Source of the DNA: a virus | Lineage: Duplodnaviria > Heunggongvirae > Uroviricota > Caudoviricetes | Direction: 5' to 3' (one strand) | IMG/VR virus record: IMGVR_UViG_2713896897_000010 | Coordinates: 1 to 32,599 of that record | Length of the DNA stretch: 32,599 bases | Translations under genes and position numbers: made by a program | Notes under the pieces: model-generated | Told to the model about the DNA's origin: nothing | The model's input: the letters and a program-made list of their open reading frames with translations, nothing else | Databases searched by the model: none | Part shown: piece after piece, positions 16,419-27,088 of the stretch | Numbering within the stretch: position 1 is the first letter of the stretch | How the letters are laid out: the number at the start of each line of letters is the position of its first letter

Positions 16419-17825
16419 ATGGCTGATATATCAACACCCAACCTCGACTATAACGATATGCTGGAGGCGTGGGATATTAACGACGCACTGATGGGTGGCA
16501 CGCTTGAAATGCGCAGGCAGGGGAAAAATTATCTCCCTAAATGGCCTAATGAAGATGAAGACACATATAAAAAACGCTTGTCTGTGGCTACGCTACTTCC
16601 TGTGTATGAAGAAAGTATTAAGCAAAATATTGGGCGCATATTTGCAGAGCCGACAGTGCTGAGTGAAGAGACGCCGGAAAAAATCAGGGAATATGCAGAA
16701 AATATCGACATGGAGGGGAGTCGACTGGATGTATGGGCGCAGCAATTTTTCTGTCTAGCGCTTCAGTATGGCGTGGCGCATGCGCTGGTGGATTATCCTC
16801 GAACAGATATGAAAGGGATTCGGACAAAAGCTGATGAAAATGCGGTTGGTAGTCGCCCATACGTTACGATGCTGAATCCCCGTCAGGTTATTGGGTGGAA
16901 ATCGAAAGTTGAAAAAGGAAAAGTTGTTCTCACAGATTTGCGTATAAAAGAAGTCATCATTATCGATGGTGATGATTTCGGGCAGAAGAAGGTGGAGCAG
17001 ATCCGCCATATCATGTCCCGTCGCGTTGAAATTTATCGACGCAGCGAAGGTACTAATGGTGAATCTGTCTGGACGCTTCACGAGTCATGGGAAACCAGCC
17101 GTGATGATATTCCCTTGGTAACGCTTTACACGAAGAAAATCGGGTTTATGCGCGGTACACCGCCATTGCTTAATCTTGGCTTGCTGAATATCAAGCACTG
17201 GAAAAGCCAGAGCGAGCAGGACAATATTCTGCATGTTGCTCGGGTTCCATTGCTGGTGGCTTACGGACTGGACAGGAACGAAGAACTGACGGTAGGAGCA
17301 TCGACCGCGACGATTTTTGATGACAGGGCAAAAAATGGCCTTGAATATGTTGAGCATAGCGGTGCCGCGATAGAGTCTGGCGAAATATCTCTGGAGAAAC
17401 TGGAAAATCAGATGCGTCATGCCGGCGCTAAACTTCTTCGGGCTGAAAATACATCCACTAAATCTGTGGATCAGACCAATGAAGAACGGATGCAGGAAAA
17501 CTCGCCGCTTTATACAATGGCGAACTCCCTCGAAGATGCCCTCGATAATATTCTCCAGATAATGGCGGAATGGATCGGAGAGAGTTGCGGCGGCAATGTG
17601 GATGTGCGCACTGAGCTGGATGTATCTGCCCAGGTGTTTGACTCATCCTCCGCGCTGGCTGTTCAGTCATTGCGTCAGGGTGGTGATATACGTCAGATTG
17701 ATGCGGTTCGGGTGTTGCAGGCGTTGAAATTTATCGATCAGGATTCCCGTCCAGAGGAAGTGATCGATGAATTAAAAAATCAGGGCGTAACGCTGATGGG
17801 AATCAATGATGCAAACAGTGAATGA
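16419..17825 (+). CDS. Portal protein (putative)
   Basis: 468-aa ORF directly downstream of terL and upstream of a Mu F-like head morphogenesis gene; assignment by synteny and size. Confidence 0.6.
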   Translation: MADISTPNLDYNDMLEAWDINDALMGGTLEMRRQGKNYLPKWPNEDEDTYKKRLSVATLLPVYEESIKQNIGRIFAEPTVLSEETPEKIREYAENIDMEGSRLDVWAQQFFCLALQYGVAHALVDYPRTDMKGIRTKADENAVGSRPYVTMLNPRQVIGWKSKVEKGKVVLTDLRIKEVIIIDGDDFGQKKVEQIRHIMSRRVEIYRRSEGTNGESVWTLHESWETSRDDIPLVTLYTKKIGFMRGTPPLLNLGLLNIKHWKSQSEQDNILHVARVPLLVAYGLDRNEELTVGASTATIFDDRAKNGLEYVEHSGAAIESGEISLEKLENQMRHAGAKLLRAENTSTKSVDQTNEERMQENSPLYTMANSLEDALDNILQIMAEWIGESCGGNVDVRTELDVSAQVFDSSSALAVQSLRQGGDIRQIDAVRVLQALKFIDQDSRPEEVIDELKNQGVTLMGINDANSE

Positions 17826-18921
17826 ACGGCTGCGTGATGAATCGATTGCCCATGCTATCTGGATATCTCGCTATAGCACAGGTGTAGCGGCCAGAATGGT
17901 GAAAACGCTGAACGACAGCGACGCAGAGCTTACAGCTCGTTTGCTGGTGGCTCTGGATAATCTTGGGCCGGGGAGTTTCACCGTTACGCGTCTGGAATCA
18001 CTTCTGGTGAGTGTGAGGGAAGTTAACCGCACTGCTATTAACAGTATGTTTGCTCGTCTCTCAGGAGAGTTAAACGAGCTGGCGATATATGAGGCTAGCT
18101 ATCAGTTAAGTCTGTTTGACTCTTTGCTTCCTGATTTTGTGGCGGATATTCATCCTCTGATTGGTATCTCACCTGACACCCTTTATGCCGCTGCAATGGC
18201 GCGTCCATTTCAGGGAAGACTACTCAACGAATGGGCCTCAGACCTTGAAGCAGATCGGCTCAGGCGTATTACAAATACGGTACGTCAGGGTTTTTTGCTG
18301 GGTGATACCAATGAGCAGATCGCAAGAAAAATTCGTGGGCATGTCAGCAAGGGATTTCAGGATGGTGCATTGCAGATGAGTCGAGCTAATGCGGGCAGTA
18401 TTGCAAAAACAGCGGTTGGGCATCTTGCTGCTACTGCCCGTGAGAGTTTCGCCATGGCAAACAATGATTTGATAAAGGGCAAACAATGGTTATCCACACT
18501 TGATAATCGTACTACACCACAGTGTCGAATCAGGGATCGCCTCAAATATACGCTGGATAATAAACCTATTGGTCACAAAGTACCTTATTTACAGGGGCCG
18601 GGAAAAATTCATTTCTGCTGCCGTTCAACAGAAACGTTTATTCTGAAATCTGCGAAGGAACTGGGGATTGATGTTCGGGATGTTTCTCCTGCCGAGAGGG
18701 CAAGTATGGATGGGGTTGTAGCCGGAGATACGACTTACAAGGAATGGTTTTTGCGCCAGTCTTATGCCAGGCAAAAACAAATAGTGGGAGAAACACGGGC
18801 AAAACTGATTCGTGATGGAGGTATGTCACCAGATGAATTTTACACCGATAAAGGTGAATGGTTGACGCTGGGACAACTCCGTGAGCGTGATGCTCAGGCA
18901 TTCAGAAAAGCCGGGATTTAA
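17806..18921 (+). CDS. Head morphogenesis protein (Mu F-like / SPP1 gp7-like)
   Basis: 371-aa ORF after portal; pattern typical of minor head proteins. Confidence 0.6.
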   Translation: MMQTVNERLRDESIAHAIWISRYSTGVAARMVKTLNDSDAELTARLLVALDNLGPGSFTVTRLESLLVSVREVNRTAINSMFARLSGELNELAIYEASYQLSLFDSLLPDFVADIHPLIGISPDTLYAAAMARPFQGRLLNEWASDLEADRLRRITNTVRQGFLLGDTNEQIARKIRGHVSKGFQDGALQMSRANAGSIAKTAVGHLAATARESFAMANNDLIKGKQWLSTLDNRTTPQCRIRDRLKYTLDNKPIGHKVPYLQGPGKIHFCCRSTETFILKSAKELGIDVRDVSPAERASMDGVVAGDTTYKEWFLRQSYARQKQIVGETRAKLIRDGGMSPDEFYTDKGEWLTLGQLRERDAQAFRKAGI

Positions 18922-18940
18922 ATTAATTATTTATTACAAC

Positions 18941-18966
18941 AGGCTACCTTCGGGTGGCCTTTTTTA
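18941..18966 (+). terminator. Intrinsic terminator after head morphogenesis gene
   Basis: AGGCTACC-ttcg-GGTGGCCT hairpin followed by TTTTTT. Confidence 0.6.
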
Positions 18967-19025
18967 TTGCTGCAATCTGGATAGTGAGCAGTGTAACAGT
19001 CGGAAGACTTAAATCAGGTATTAAT

Positions 19026-19790
19026 ATGAAACTGAAAACAGTAGAGATTAACGGAAAAAAATACGCAGAAATCGATACTGCTGGTCTGCCAGTTTATGTG
19101 CATGATGATGGTAAAGAAATCGGCTTCGATGCACCGCTGGCAGCCAGAAAAATTACAGAACTTAATGGCGAGGCGAAAAATCATCGTCTGGCTAAAGAGG
19201 CCGCAGAGGAAAAACTTGCCAGGTTCGCTGCCATCGATGACCCGAAAAAGGCGATTGAGGCGCTGGAAATGCTGTCCAAAATTGACCAGAAAAAACTGAT
19301 TGAGGCGGGACAGGTTGACCAGGTTAAAGCAGAAATTACGAAAAATTTTCAGCAGCAATTAGACGAAGAAAAGCAACGCTCTCAGATGCTGGAGAAGCAG
19401 CTTTACGATTCCATGATTGGCGGTAGTTTTGCTGGTTCAAAATATATTGCCGATAAAATTGCGATCCCGGCAGATTTATTACAGGCCCGCTTCGGACAGT
19501 CATTCAAAGTGGAAGAAGGGAAGATCGTTGCTTATGACGCTTCCGGCAACAAAATTTACTCCCGCACGAAGCCAGGCGAACTGGCGCAGTTTGATGAGGC
19601 GCTGGAGTTCCTCGTCGAAAATTACCCTCAGAAAGACTACATCCTGAAAGCCAGTGGCAACAATGGTGGCGGCTCCCGTCCGACACAGCATGATATTGGT
19701 CAGAAAATGATGAAGCGATCAGCTTTTGATGCACTGGATGTTGCAGGTAAGCAAAACGCACTGAAAGACGGTATCACTATCGTTGACTAA
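19026..19790 (+). CDS. Scaffolding protein (putative, coiled-coil rich)
   Basis: ATG at 19026 downstream of terminator; K/E/A-rich helical protein immediately upstream of major capsid gene. Confidence 0.55.
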   Translation: MKLKTVEINGKKYAEIDTAGLPVYVHDDGKEIGFDAPLAARKITELNGEAKNHRLAKEAAEEKLARFAAIDDPKKAIEALEMLSKIDQKKLIEAGQVDQVKAEITKNFQQQLDEEKQRSQMLEKQLYDSMIGGSFAGSKYIADKIAIPADLLQARFGQSFKVEEGKIVAYDASGNKIYSRTKPGELAQFDEALEFLVENYPQKDYILKASGNNGGGSRPTQHDIGQKMMKRSAFDALDVAGKQNALKDGITIVD

Positions 19791-19889
19791 CACATTTTGC
19801 CAGTTCCTGGATGGGGACTGGCGTCAGGGCTGGATAGCTCACTACTCAATTCATTTACAATTACGCAAAATTTTAAGGAATATTTAATT

Positions 19890-21029
19890 ATGGCTGGAAA
19901 TACCCTGACCGGGTTGAGCCCGACTATTTACACCGCCCTGGATGTTGTATCCCGTGAGCAGGTAGGTTTTATTCCTGCGGTAGCAAAAAACGCAAAAGCT
20001 GACGCTGCAGCAAAAGATCAAACAGTAACCGCGCCAGTTGCGCCTGATGCGAAAACTGAAGATATCGTACCGGGCCCGTCAGCTCCGAATACTGGAGATC
20101 AAAATATTGGCACTGTTGATGTAAAAATTACTAAATCTAAAATGGCGCCAGTTAAATGGAATGGTGAAGAACAACTGGCGCTTGGTCCTTCCGGGACTTA
20201 CAACACCATTCTGGCTGATCAGTTCAAGCAAGCTTTTCGAGCACTTGCAAACGAGGTTGAGGCTGATCTTGGCGCACTGTATTTCGGTGCTTCTCGTGCT
20301 GTTGGGACCGCGGGGACAACGCCGTTTGGTGTTAAAGATGATCTTTCTGATGCGGCTCTGGCTCGTCAGATTCTGGAGGATAACGGGGCACCGACAACCG
20401 ATTTACAGATGGTACTTGGCTCCACCGCTATTGCTAATTTGCGCGGAAAACAGTCCGTATTGTTTAAAGTGAATGAATCTGGCACTGAGCAGCTACTGCG
20501 CGAGGGTGTGTTGGGGCGCCTGGAGGGATTCAGTATTCACAGTTCGGCAGGTGTAAAACGAGTACCAAAAGCCACTGCAACTGGTTATCTTGTGAATGGT
20601 GAGAAGAAAGAAGGTGATGTTCTTATTTCCATTGATACTGGTTCGGGGAATATTTCGGCAGGGCAGATTGTTACTTTCGATGGCGATCCTAATCAGTATG
20701 TTGTGGCTGCTGCAACCAGTAATCTGATTACCCTTGCTGCACCAGGTCTACGTCAGGATCTGGCTGATGATACTGCAATCACGGTTGTCGGCTCATTTAC
20801 TGCAAATATGGCGTTCGATCGCAACGCATTTCTGTTGGCATCCCGTACCCCGGCAATGCCGGAGGGCGGCGATAGCGCTGATGATGTAATGAATGTTACG
20901 GACCCAATCTCGGGAATTACATTTCAGATTGCACTGTATCGTCAGTATCGTCAGGTACGTTATGAAGTTGGGCTGGCATGGGGCGTTTCGTCAGTGAAAC
21001 CTGCGCATAGCTGCCTGATTATTGGATAA
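19890..21029 (+). CDS. Major capsid protein
   Basis: ATG at 19890 with AAGGAA 9 nt upstream; 379-aa protein between scaffold and head-tail joining genes; followed by strong terminator. Confidence 0.65.
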   Translation: MAGNTLTGLSPTIYTALDVVSREQVGFIPAVAKNAKADAAAKDQTVTAPVAPDAKTEDIVPGPSAPNTGDQNIGTVDVKITKSKMAPVKWNGEEQLALGPSGTYNTILADQFKQAFRALANEVEADLGALYFGASRAVGTAGTTPFGVKDDLSDAALARQILEDNGAPTTDLQMVLGSTAIANLRGKQSVLFKVNESGTEQLLREGVLGRLEGFSIHSSAGVKRVPKATATGYLVNGEKKEGDVLISIDTGSGNISAGQIVTFDGDPNQYVVAAATSNLITLAAPGLRQDLADDTAITVVGSFTANMAFDRNAFLLASRTPAMPEGGDSADDVMNVTDPISGITFQIALYRQYRQVRYEVGLAWGVSSVKPAHSCLIIG

Positions 21030-21032
21030 AAT

Positions 21033-21058
21033 CAAAAAGGGGCTTCGGTCCCTTTTTT
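21033..21058 (+). terminator. Intrinsic terminator after capsid gene
   Basis: aaaaGGGGC-ttcg-GTCCCtttttt. Confidence 0.6.
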
Positions 21059-21070
21059 AATGGAGGGTAT

Positions 21071-21295
21071 ATGGCTGGATTGACTAAAGATCAAAGAGCA
21101 CAGCGTGATGCCGCGCAAAAAAATGCAGTGTCGGAGCGGAAGGCGGCGCAAACCAGGGAACCACAAAAAACACCGATTAAGTTGGTAGTTATGATGACCG
21201 AGAATCAGATATTCCCCGGTGCCCCAACAATCGCTAATGTTCATCCTGATGAAGTTGACAATTGGAAGGCGCTGGGCTGGAAAACACAGGAGTAG
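21071..21295 (+). CDS. Hypothetical small head-associated protein
   Basis: 74-aa ORF with GGAGGG upstream, between capsid and head-tail connector genes. Confidence 0.45.
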   Translation: MAGLTKDQRAQRDAAQKNAVSERKAAQTREPQKTPIKLVVMMTENQIFPGAPTIANVHPDEVDNWKALGWKTQE

Positions 21296-21298
21296 CGC

Positions 21299-21694
21299 AT
21301 GATCACTTACGTTACCTGTGATGATGTTGATAATACGCTTGGGAAAAACTGGGCGAATGAGGATGTTAAAAATAAAGCGGTTTTAATGGCCAATGCCTGG
21401 TTGAATAACTTTAGTCTGAAGGTTGATCCATCCAGTATTCCTGACGAGGTAAAGCTCGCAGGAGCATATGCTGCCAGAGTCGCTTCTGTAGGTAAGTTAT
21501 TTCAGCAGAAAAATGATTCTGGTGTTGTTATAAATAAAACTGTGTCGGCTGATGGGGTTAGTGTATCGAAATCATTTGCTGAATTATCAGCAAACAGCAC
21601 TGCATTGCTTGAGCCCGATTTACAGCTTGCGCTGGCGCTGCTGAAACCGTACGGACTGAGTCACTCACAAGTCAGGGTTGTGAGGGGGGGATGA
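21299..21694 (+). CDS. Head-tail connector / DNA-packaging protein (putative)
   Basis: Position and size (131 aa) in head-tail joining cluster. Confidence 0.5.
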   Translation: MITYVTCDDVDNTLGKNWANEDVKNKAVLMANAWLNNFSLKVDPSSIPDEVKLAGAYAARVASVGKLFQQKNDSGVVINKTVSADGVSVSKSFAELSANSTALLEPDLQLALALLKPYGLSHSQVRVVRGG

Positions 21695-22077
21695 TGGGGA
21701 TTCGTGATGAGATTCAGGATGAGGTTGCCGCTGCTTTTGATGGTGATTTAGCTGACGCGGTGAATAATTTTTCTGGTTCTTACGTTACGCACCAGGGGTG
21801 GGAGCCTGTGACGGAGACAGGCCGCGAACTTACAACAACATATACCGGACGAGGTGTGTTGGCACGCTATAAGCTTGGCAGAGTTGATGGAATTAATATT
21901 TTGCACGGCGACCTTAAGTTAACTGCTCTGGCCTGTGAGGTTACGGATAAACCTGCTATCGGACATATTATTGAGACTTATGATCCTGTATCAAGGCAGT
22001 TACAACGATACGAGATAATTACAGTACATGTAGATCCTTCCGCATCGGTTTATTCTATCCAGTTAAGGAGAAAGTAA
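21691..22077 (+). CDS. Head closure / head-tail adaptor protein (putative)
   Basis: 128-aa ORF, translationally coupled (start overlaps upstream stop). Confidence 0.5.
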   Translation: MMGIRDEIQDEVAAAFDGDLADAVNNFSGSYVTHQGWEPVTETGRELTTTYTGRGVLARYKLGRVDGINILHGDLKLTALACEVTDKPAIGHIIETYDPVSRQLQRYEIITVHVDPSASVYSIQLRRK

Positions 22078-22458
22078 ATGGCAAAGGCATGGGATCTGGA
22101 ACCGTCAATATTTGTTGGGATGATTGAGGAAGATGTGGGACTGAAAATTCGCTACATCGCTATTCAGATTCTTACAGCTATTGATATTGCCGCTCCGGTT
22201 GATACCGGGCGTTTCAGAAATAATAATCTGGTATCGTTACAGCACCCAGATTTTAGTATATCTGATAATGTGGATCCGAATGGCACGATTGCACTTCAAC
22301 GTGGAATCGGGGTTATTTCAAAAGCGGCGAGTTACGGAATCATCTACATCCAGAATAACCTGCCTTATGCCGAATCTATTGAGGATGGACATTCTCAACA
22401 AGCGCCAACAGGTGTGTATGCTAATGCTTTTAATGGTGTTTCGCAGATTTATAAATGA
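22078..22458 (+). CDS. Tail-neck protein (HK97 gp10-like, putative)
   Basis: 126-aa ORF in conserved head-tail joining position. Confidence 0.45.
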   Translation: MAKAWDLEPSIFVGMIEEDVGLKIRYIAIQILTAIDIAAPVDTGRFRNNNLVSLQHPDFSISDNVDPNGTIALQRGIGVISKAASYGIIYIQNNLPYAESIEDGHSQQAPTGVYANAFNGVSQIYK

Positions 22459-22847
22459 CTTTTACTGAAATCAGAAATGCTGTTATTTCCAGAATGACGG
22501 CACAGACGGTTATTGATGGAAAAGATGTATTATATCCAAACGGGCCAACATTCGATCCGTCAGGTAAGTTAATCTGGGCGCGGTTAAGTGATATCCCCGG
22601 TCTGGCTGGGACTAATGAAATTGGTGCGGGTCCGGTTGTTTATCGCACGGGGATAATTATTATTCAGTTATTTGTTCCCGCAGGCTCTGGCTCAAAACTT
22701 ATTACTGAGACGGCGGATAAATTGCGAGAATTGTTTGAATTTCAGGATGATGATCGTCTCAGCTACCAGGCTGTTTCCTCAATAGCCGTTGGTGAAAAGA
22801 ATGGCTGGTTCCAGCTTAATCTTCAAATTCCATATCGAGCGCTCTAG
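22455..22847 (+). CDS. Tail completion/terminator protein (putative)
   Basis: 130-aa ORF immediately upstream of major tail gene, overlapping start. Confidence 0.45.
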   Translation: MTFTEIRNAVISRMTAQTVIDGKDVLYPNGPTFDPSGKLIWARLSDIPGLAGTNEIGAGPVVYRTGIIIIQLFVPAGSGSKLITETADKLRELFEFQDDDRLSYQAVSSIAVGEKNGWFQLNLQIPYRAL

Positions 22848-22873
22848 CGCAATTAATGACATAGGAGGCTCCT

Positions 22874-23836
22874 GTGAGTTCAGGTGCAAAGGTTATCTCG
22901 GCATTTATCCGGGAGACAATTGCAGGCACCACGCCAGCTAGTGGTGACTGGAGTTTATTAAAGCGCACAAGCTGGGGAGTAAAACCAACCCAGAATAAAG
23001 GCGAAAATAATGAGATCGGTGGTTCTCGTATGGCTCAGGGGACGACGCCTGGCACTGTGGATGTCGGCGGTGATGTTGGTACCAAATTTCGCTGGGGCCA
23101 ACATGATGATTTCCTTGCATCCTGTTTCGGCGCGGAATGGTCAGGAGATTCTCTGACTATGGGGAATGAGCGAATAACATTTTCTCTGGCAACATATGCG
23201 TCAGATGTAGGAATTGCCTCTGTCGTCAGGGGGGCACAGGTTGGATCGTGGAAAATGCAGATTCCTAACGACGGTGATATTACTGCGACAGTCACTTTTG
23301 CCGGGCTGGACTGGGAATCAAAGGCCGATGATACAAATTTTATCAAAGGCGAGCCTGTAGATAGTGCAGGAAAGTTACGTTATTCGTTTAAGGAAGTTTC
23401 AGCAGTAAGTCTGAATGGTGTTGCCGGAGGTAACGGTTTTTGTATCGACAGCTTTGATATCCAGTTCGATAACAAACTTCAGACCCAGCGTTGTGTCGGG
23501 ACTGGTTCTCCTTATGCAGGAGCAAATATTCCGACTACTTTTACACCGTCCGGTACGGTGACGCTTTCATGGTCTAAAGCCGCGTGGGAAATCTGGAGTA
23601 AAACATTAACTGGAGAAACAGTTCCGTTCAGCTTCACGCTTTCGAATGGAGAGGGGGCATATACTTTCAGTTTCCCGAAGGTTCAGATATCAGGTGAATG
23701 GCCTGACGGCGGTAATACCGATATTATCCAGGTCCAGTTGAGTATTACCGCTGCTGACGAAGCGCCAACTATCACCAGAAAAAAAGCTTCCCCGGCTGCA
23801 GTGATTGCAAAAGCCAGTGCTGAGTCGATTAGTTGA
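22874..23836 (+). CDS. Major tail (tube) protein
   Basis: 320-aa ORF with GGAGG upstream, directly upstream of G/GT chaperone pair. Confidence 0.6.
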   Translation: MSSGAKVISAFIRETIAGTTPASGDWSLLKRTSWGVKPTQNKGENNEIGGSRMAQGTTPGTVDVGGDVGTKFRWGQHDDFLASCFGAEWSGDSLTMGNERITFSLATYASDVGIASVVRGAQVGSWKMQIPNDGDITATVTFAGLDWESKADDTNFIKGEPVDSAGKLRYSFKEVSAVSLNGVAGGNGFCIDSFDIQFDNKLQTQRCVGTGSPYAGANIPTTFTPSGTVTLSWSKAAWEIWSKTLTGETVPFSFTLSNGEGAYTFSFPKVQISGEWPDGGNTDIIQVQLSITAADEAPTITRKKASPAAVIAKASAESIS

Positions 23837-23896
23837 TTTTCCGTTATTCCCCCTGTGGTATTGCGCTACAGGGTGGTGTTTTGAATGAGGTTATAG

Positions 23897-24448
23897 ATGT
23901 TTATTCTTGAACAGAAAACTATCATCGGTGGAGAACGCTGGTTTACGCCAATGAAGGACTTAGAACCTATTGCTGGGTTACAACTGTTGGTGGCAAGCAG
24001 TGATAATGATCAGTATCGCTCCCGTAATGCATTAATCCGTCGCCACATTGAGAAAATGGATGCCAGTTTGCATGTCGGAACGAAGGCGTTTGATATTGCA
24101 AAGGTCGTCGAGGTGGACTCTGTTGATGATTTACTCATTGATAACGCCGCTCGTTATCTGCTGAAAGACTGGAAAGGGGTTGGAGAGCTGATAGATGGTG
24201 TTGAGGTCGCGCTGGAATATACACCAGAAAGAGGTGCTGAGCTGCTCAAGCAGAATCCAGAGTTGTACTGGCAAATCCTTGCAGAAGCCGCCAGAATCGC
24301 CCAGGGAAAAGAGCAGCAAAAGCAGGATACGATAAAAAAGCCATTGCCGCCCAGCGGTGGATATCGGAGTTCGGGGGAGAAAAGGGTGAAAAGGCAAGGT
24401 GGAAACGAGAAAAGCTCAGGTTGCCGCCGCTCCCGGAGCCAGAAATAG
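23897..24448 (+). CDS. Tail assembly chaperone (G-like)
   Basis: Position before tape measure; contains A_AAA_AAG slippery heptamer at 24334-24340. Confidence 0.65.
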   Translation: MFILEQKTIIGGERWFTPMKDLEPIAGLQLLVASSDNDQYRSRNALIRRHIEKMDASLHVGTKAFDIAKVVEVDSVDDLLIDNAARYLLKDWKGVGELIDGVEVALEYTPERGAELLKQNPELYWQILAEAARIAQGKEQQKQDTIKKPLPPSGGYRSSGEKRVKRQGGNEKSSGCRRSRSQK

Positions 24449-24654
24449 ACCCGGTTATTAGGGAATTGTTGTACGCCTATTCGGTGATATCCCGTGCCAG
24501 GCGTTATGCTGGAATGGCTGGGGTGCCTTTGCCTTTATCTCTGTCAGAGATAAATGAATATTTAGCCACTCATCCGGTATTGATTGAGCGCGATGAATTT
24601 GAAGCAGTGATCTTTGCACTGGATGACCAGTATTTTCAGGAGCAGTGTGTGTAG
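23897..24654 (+). CDS. Tail assembly chaperone frameshift product (GT-like), -1 frameshift at 24334-24340
   Basis: -1 frame after the slippery site reads ...AIAAQRW...LRLPPLPEPEIDPVIREL... continuous with ORF 24421-24654. Confidence 0.6.
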
Positions 24655-24774
24655 TTGTTAATTACGTACACTCTGTTACAGCGATGTGATAGTGTCTTTA
24701 ATTAAATCGATGATGCTCCTGGAGAAAAGCATTGCGTGGCCTCGTAATCGCTATATCTACTATTATGTCGCCTG

Positions 24775-24798
24775 AAACCCACTTCGGTGGGTTTTTTT
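24775..24798 (+). terminator. Terminator-like hairpin between GT and tape-measure gene
   Basis: aaaCCCAC-ttcg-GTGGGttttttt. Confidence 0.5.
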
Positions 24799-24818
24799 GT
24801 TGTCAGGAGTTTTAATAA

Positions 24819-27050
24819 ATGGCAGAGCAGACCTCACGTCTTGCAATAATTATTGATAGCTCTGGAGCGAAAAATAATGCTGATAATCTGACCTCATCAT
24901 TAGTCAAAATGACGCAGGCCGGGGAAACTGCTGCAAATAGCGCAGGGAAAGTGACTAAGGCAACAGAAGACGAGAAGAACGCGCTCGCAAAATTAAAAGC
25001 AGCTATTGATCCAGTTGGTGCCGCAATTGATACTGTCGGTCGACGCTATTCTGAATTAAAGAAATATTTCGATAAAGGGCTTATTGATAAAGAAGAATAT
25101 GAATTTCTTGCCCGTAAACTTAATGAAACCACAGAGGAATTGAGCGGGGTTGCGCAAGCGCAGAGAGAGGCCGAGAAGGCCGGAAAACTTGCTGCCGCCC
25201 AGCAGGAAGCGCAGGCTCAGGCCTTTCAAAGAATGCTGGACAAGATCGACCCTCTGGCTGCGGCGCTAAGAAATCTTGATCAACAGCAGGATGAACTTAA
25301 TGCTGCACTTTTTTCCGGGAAAATAAATGGCTCTCAGTTTGATAATTACAGCCGAAAAATACAGGAAACGCGGCGAGAGCTAACAGGAGAGGCTCAGGCA
25401 GAACGAGAAGCAGCAAAAGCGCATAATGAACAAGTTGCTGCTTTGCAACGTCTGATTGCTCAACTCGATCCTGTTGGAACAGCTTTTAACCGCCTGACAG
25501 AGCAGCAAAAGCAACTCAGCGAAGCAAAAGCCAAGGGGATGCTTTCTCCTGAAATGTATGAGGAGCTTTCAGGAAAACTCCATGCTATGCGGAGTGAGCT
25601 TGAGGCTACTCAATCGCAACTCAGCAAAACCGGAATGTCAGCAAAACAAACAGCTTTTGCTATGCGCATGTTGCCTGCACAAATGACGGATATTGTTGTT
25701 GGGTTGTCCACTGGTCAGTCGCCATTTATGGTGTTAATGCAGCAGGGCGGCCAGCTAAAAGATATGTTCGGTGGGATTGGCCCGGCGATCAAAGGTGTTG
25801 GTTCTTATGTGCTGGGATTAATTAATCCTTTTACCCTGGCCGCAGCAGCCGTTGGCGCCTTGGGGCTAGCTTACTATAAAGGTTCTCAGGAGCAGGACGA
25901 ATTTAATAAATCTCTTATTCTTACCGGAAATCAGTTGGGGACAACCAGCGGGCAATTAGCCGATATAGCTCAACGTGCCGGGGATGCTGCTGATTCGACA
26001 ACTGGCGCTGCGGCGGCAGTATTAAACCAGCTTGTGCGTTCGGGAAAGGTCGCGAGCAGTTCGCTGGAGCAGGTGACGACAGCGATAGTAAAAACGAGCG
26101 AATTAACTGGAATATCGACCGATCAACTGGTTAATAATTTCAATGAAATTGCAAAGGATCCTGTCAGTGCCATATCAAAACTTAATGATCAGTACCATTT
26201 TCTGACACTGGCGACTTATAACCAGATTAAGGCGCTACAGGATGAAGGGAACCAGCAGGAGGCGGCTAGGGTAGCTTCTGACGTTTATTCTCAGGCTTTA
26301 CAGCAGCGTACATCAGAAATCCAGCAAAATCTTGGGCTTCTTGAAAAAGCCTGGGATGGTTTAGCTGGTACAGCGAAAAAAGCTTGGGATGCAATGCTTG
26401 ATGTTGGTCGTGTGTCTGGTGGAAATGAGCGTATCACTCAAATCCGCAAGGAGCTTGATTGGATTGATAACGCTGTCGGTGGAAAAACTGTTTTTGCCTC
26501 ACGTCGAAAAGAGCTTGAGCAAGAGTTAAACATTCTTCAGCTAACTATGGCGGCTCAGGCAGATATTACTGGGGCCATTTCTACAGCAAGTAAAGCTGAG
26601 CAAGAACGAATTCAGACTCAACAGGAGGCCGATCGTGTTAACCAACAGTATCTGACTAATGCAGAAAAAAGAAGTAAAGCAATCAGGCAGCAGAAGAAGT
26701 TTTTGGATGCAGGGGCTATTAGTGAAGAGCAATATAATAATATTTCTCGCATTAATGAATTATATAAAGATCCAAAATCACCAAAAACACGGAATTATTC
26801 AGATGATGCCGCCCAACGAATGATTGACCATCTGAATCAACAGAATGCGTTACTAAGTTCACAAGCTGAATTGACAGTTAAATTAAGTTCCTCTGAGCAG
26901 GAACTGGTTAAGTGGCGCCAGCAAATAGTCGATCTTGAATCTCGTCCGACATCAAAATTAACTAAGGATCAGAAATCGCTTCTCTTACACCGGGAAGAAA
27001 TAACCGCGTTGATGGAGAAAAATGTTGCGATTGAAAAAATAACAGGCTAA
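24819..27050 (+). CDS. Tail tape measure protein, N-terminal 743-aa part
   Basis: Long coiled-coil-rich ORF between GT and gpM; CAGGAG SD upstream. Confidence 0.8.
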   Translation: MAEQTSRLAIIIDSSGAKNNADNLTSSLVKMTQAGETAANSAGKVTKATEDEKNALAKLKAAIDPVGAAIDTVGRRYSELKKYFDKGLIDKEEYEFLARKLNETTEELSGVAQAQREAEKAGKLAAAQQEAQAQAFQRMLDKIDPLAAALRNLDQQQDELNAALFSGKINGSQFDNYSRKIQETRRELTGEAQAEREAAKAHNEQVAALQRLIAQLDPVGTAFNRLTEQQKQLSEAKAKGMLSPEMYEELSGKLHAMRSELEATQSQLSKTGMSAKQTAFAMRMLPAQMTDIVVGLSTGQSPFMVLMQQGGQLKDMFGGIGPAIKGVGSYVLGLINPFTLAAAAVGALGLAYYKGSQEQDEFNKSLILTGNQLGTTSGQLADIAQRAGDAADSTTGAAAAVLNQLVRSGKVASSSLEQVTTAIVKTSELTGISTDQLVNNFNEIAKDPVSAISKLNDQYHFLTLATYNQIKALQDEGNQQEAARVASDVYSQALQQRTSEIQQNLGLLEKAWDGLAGTAKKAWDAMLDVGRVSGGNERITQIRKELDWIDNAVGGKTVFASRRKELEQELNILQLTMAAQADITGAISTASKAEQERIQTQQEADRVNQQYLTNAEKRSKAIRQQKKFLDAGAISEEQYNNISRINELYKDPKSPKTRNYSDDAAQRMIDHLNQQNALLSSQAELTVKLSSSEQELVKWRQQIVDLESRPTSKLTKDQKSLLLHREEITALMEKNVAIEKITG

Positions 27051-27088
27051 TCAAGGAGTCAGCCGAAATAGCCGCATGGCGTAGTTCA

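Noticed and set aside
18954-19025. Upstream extension of the scaffold ORF from 18954
   Set aside because: The extension runs through an intrinsic terminator hairpin (18941-18966); the ATG at 19026 is the more plausible start.
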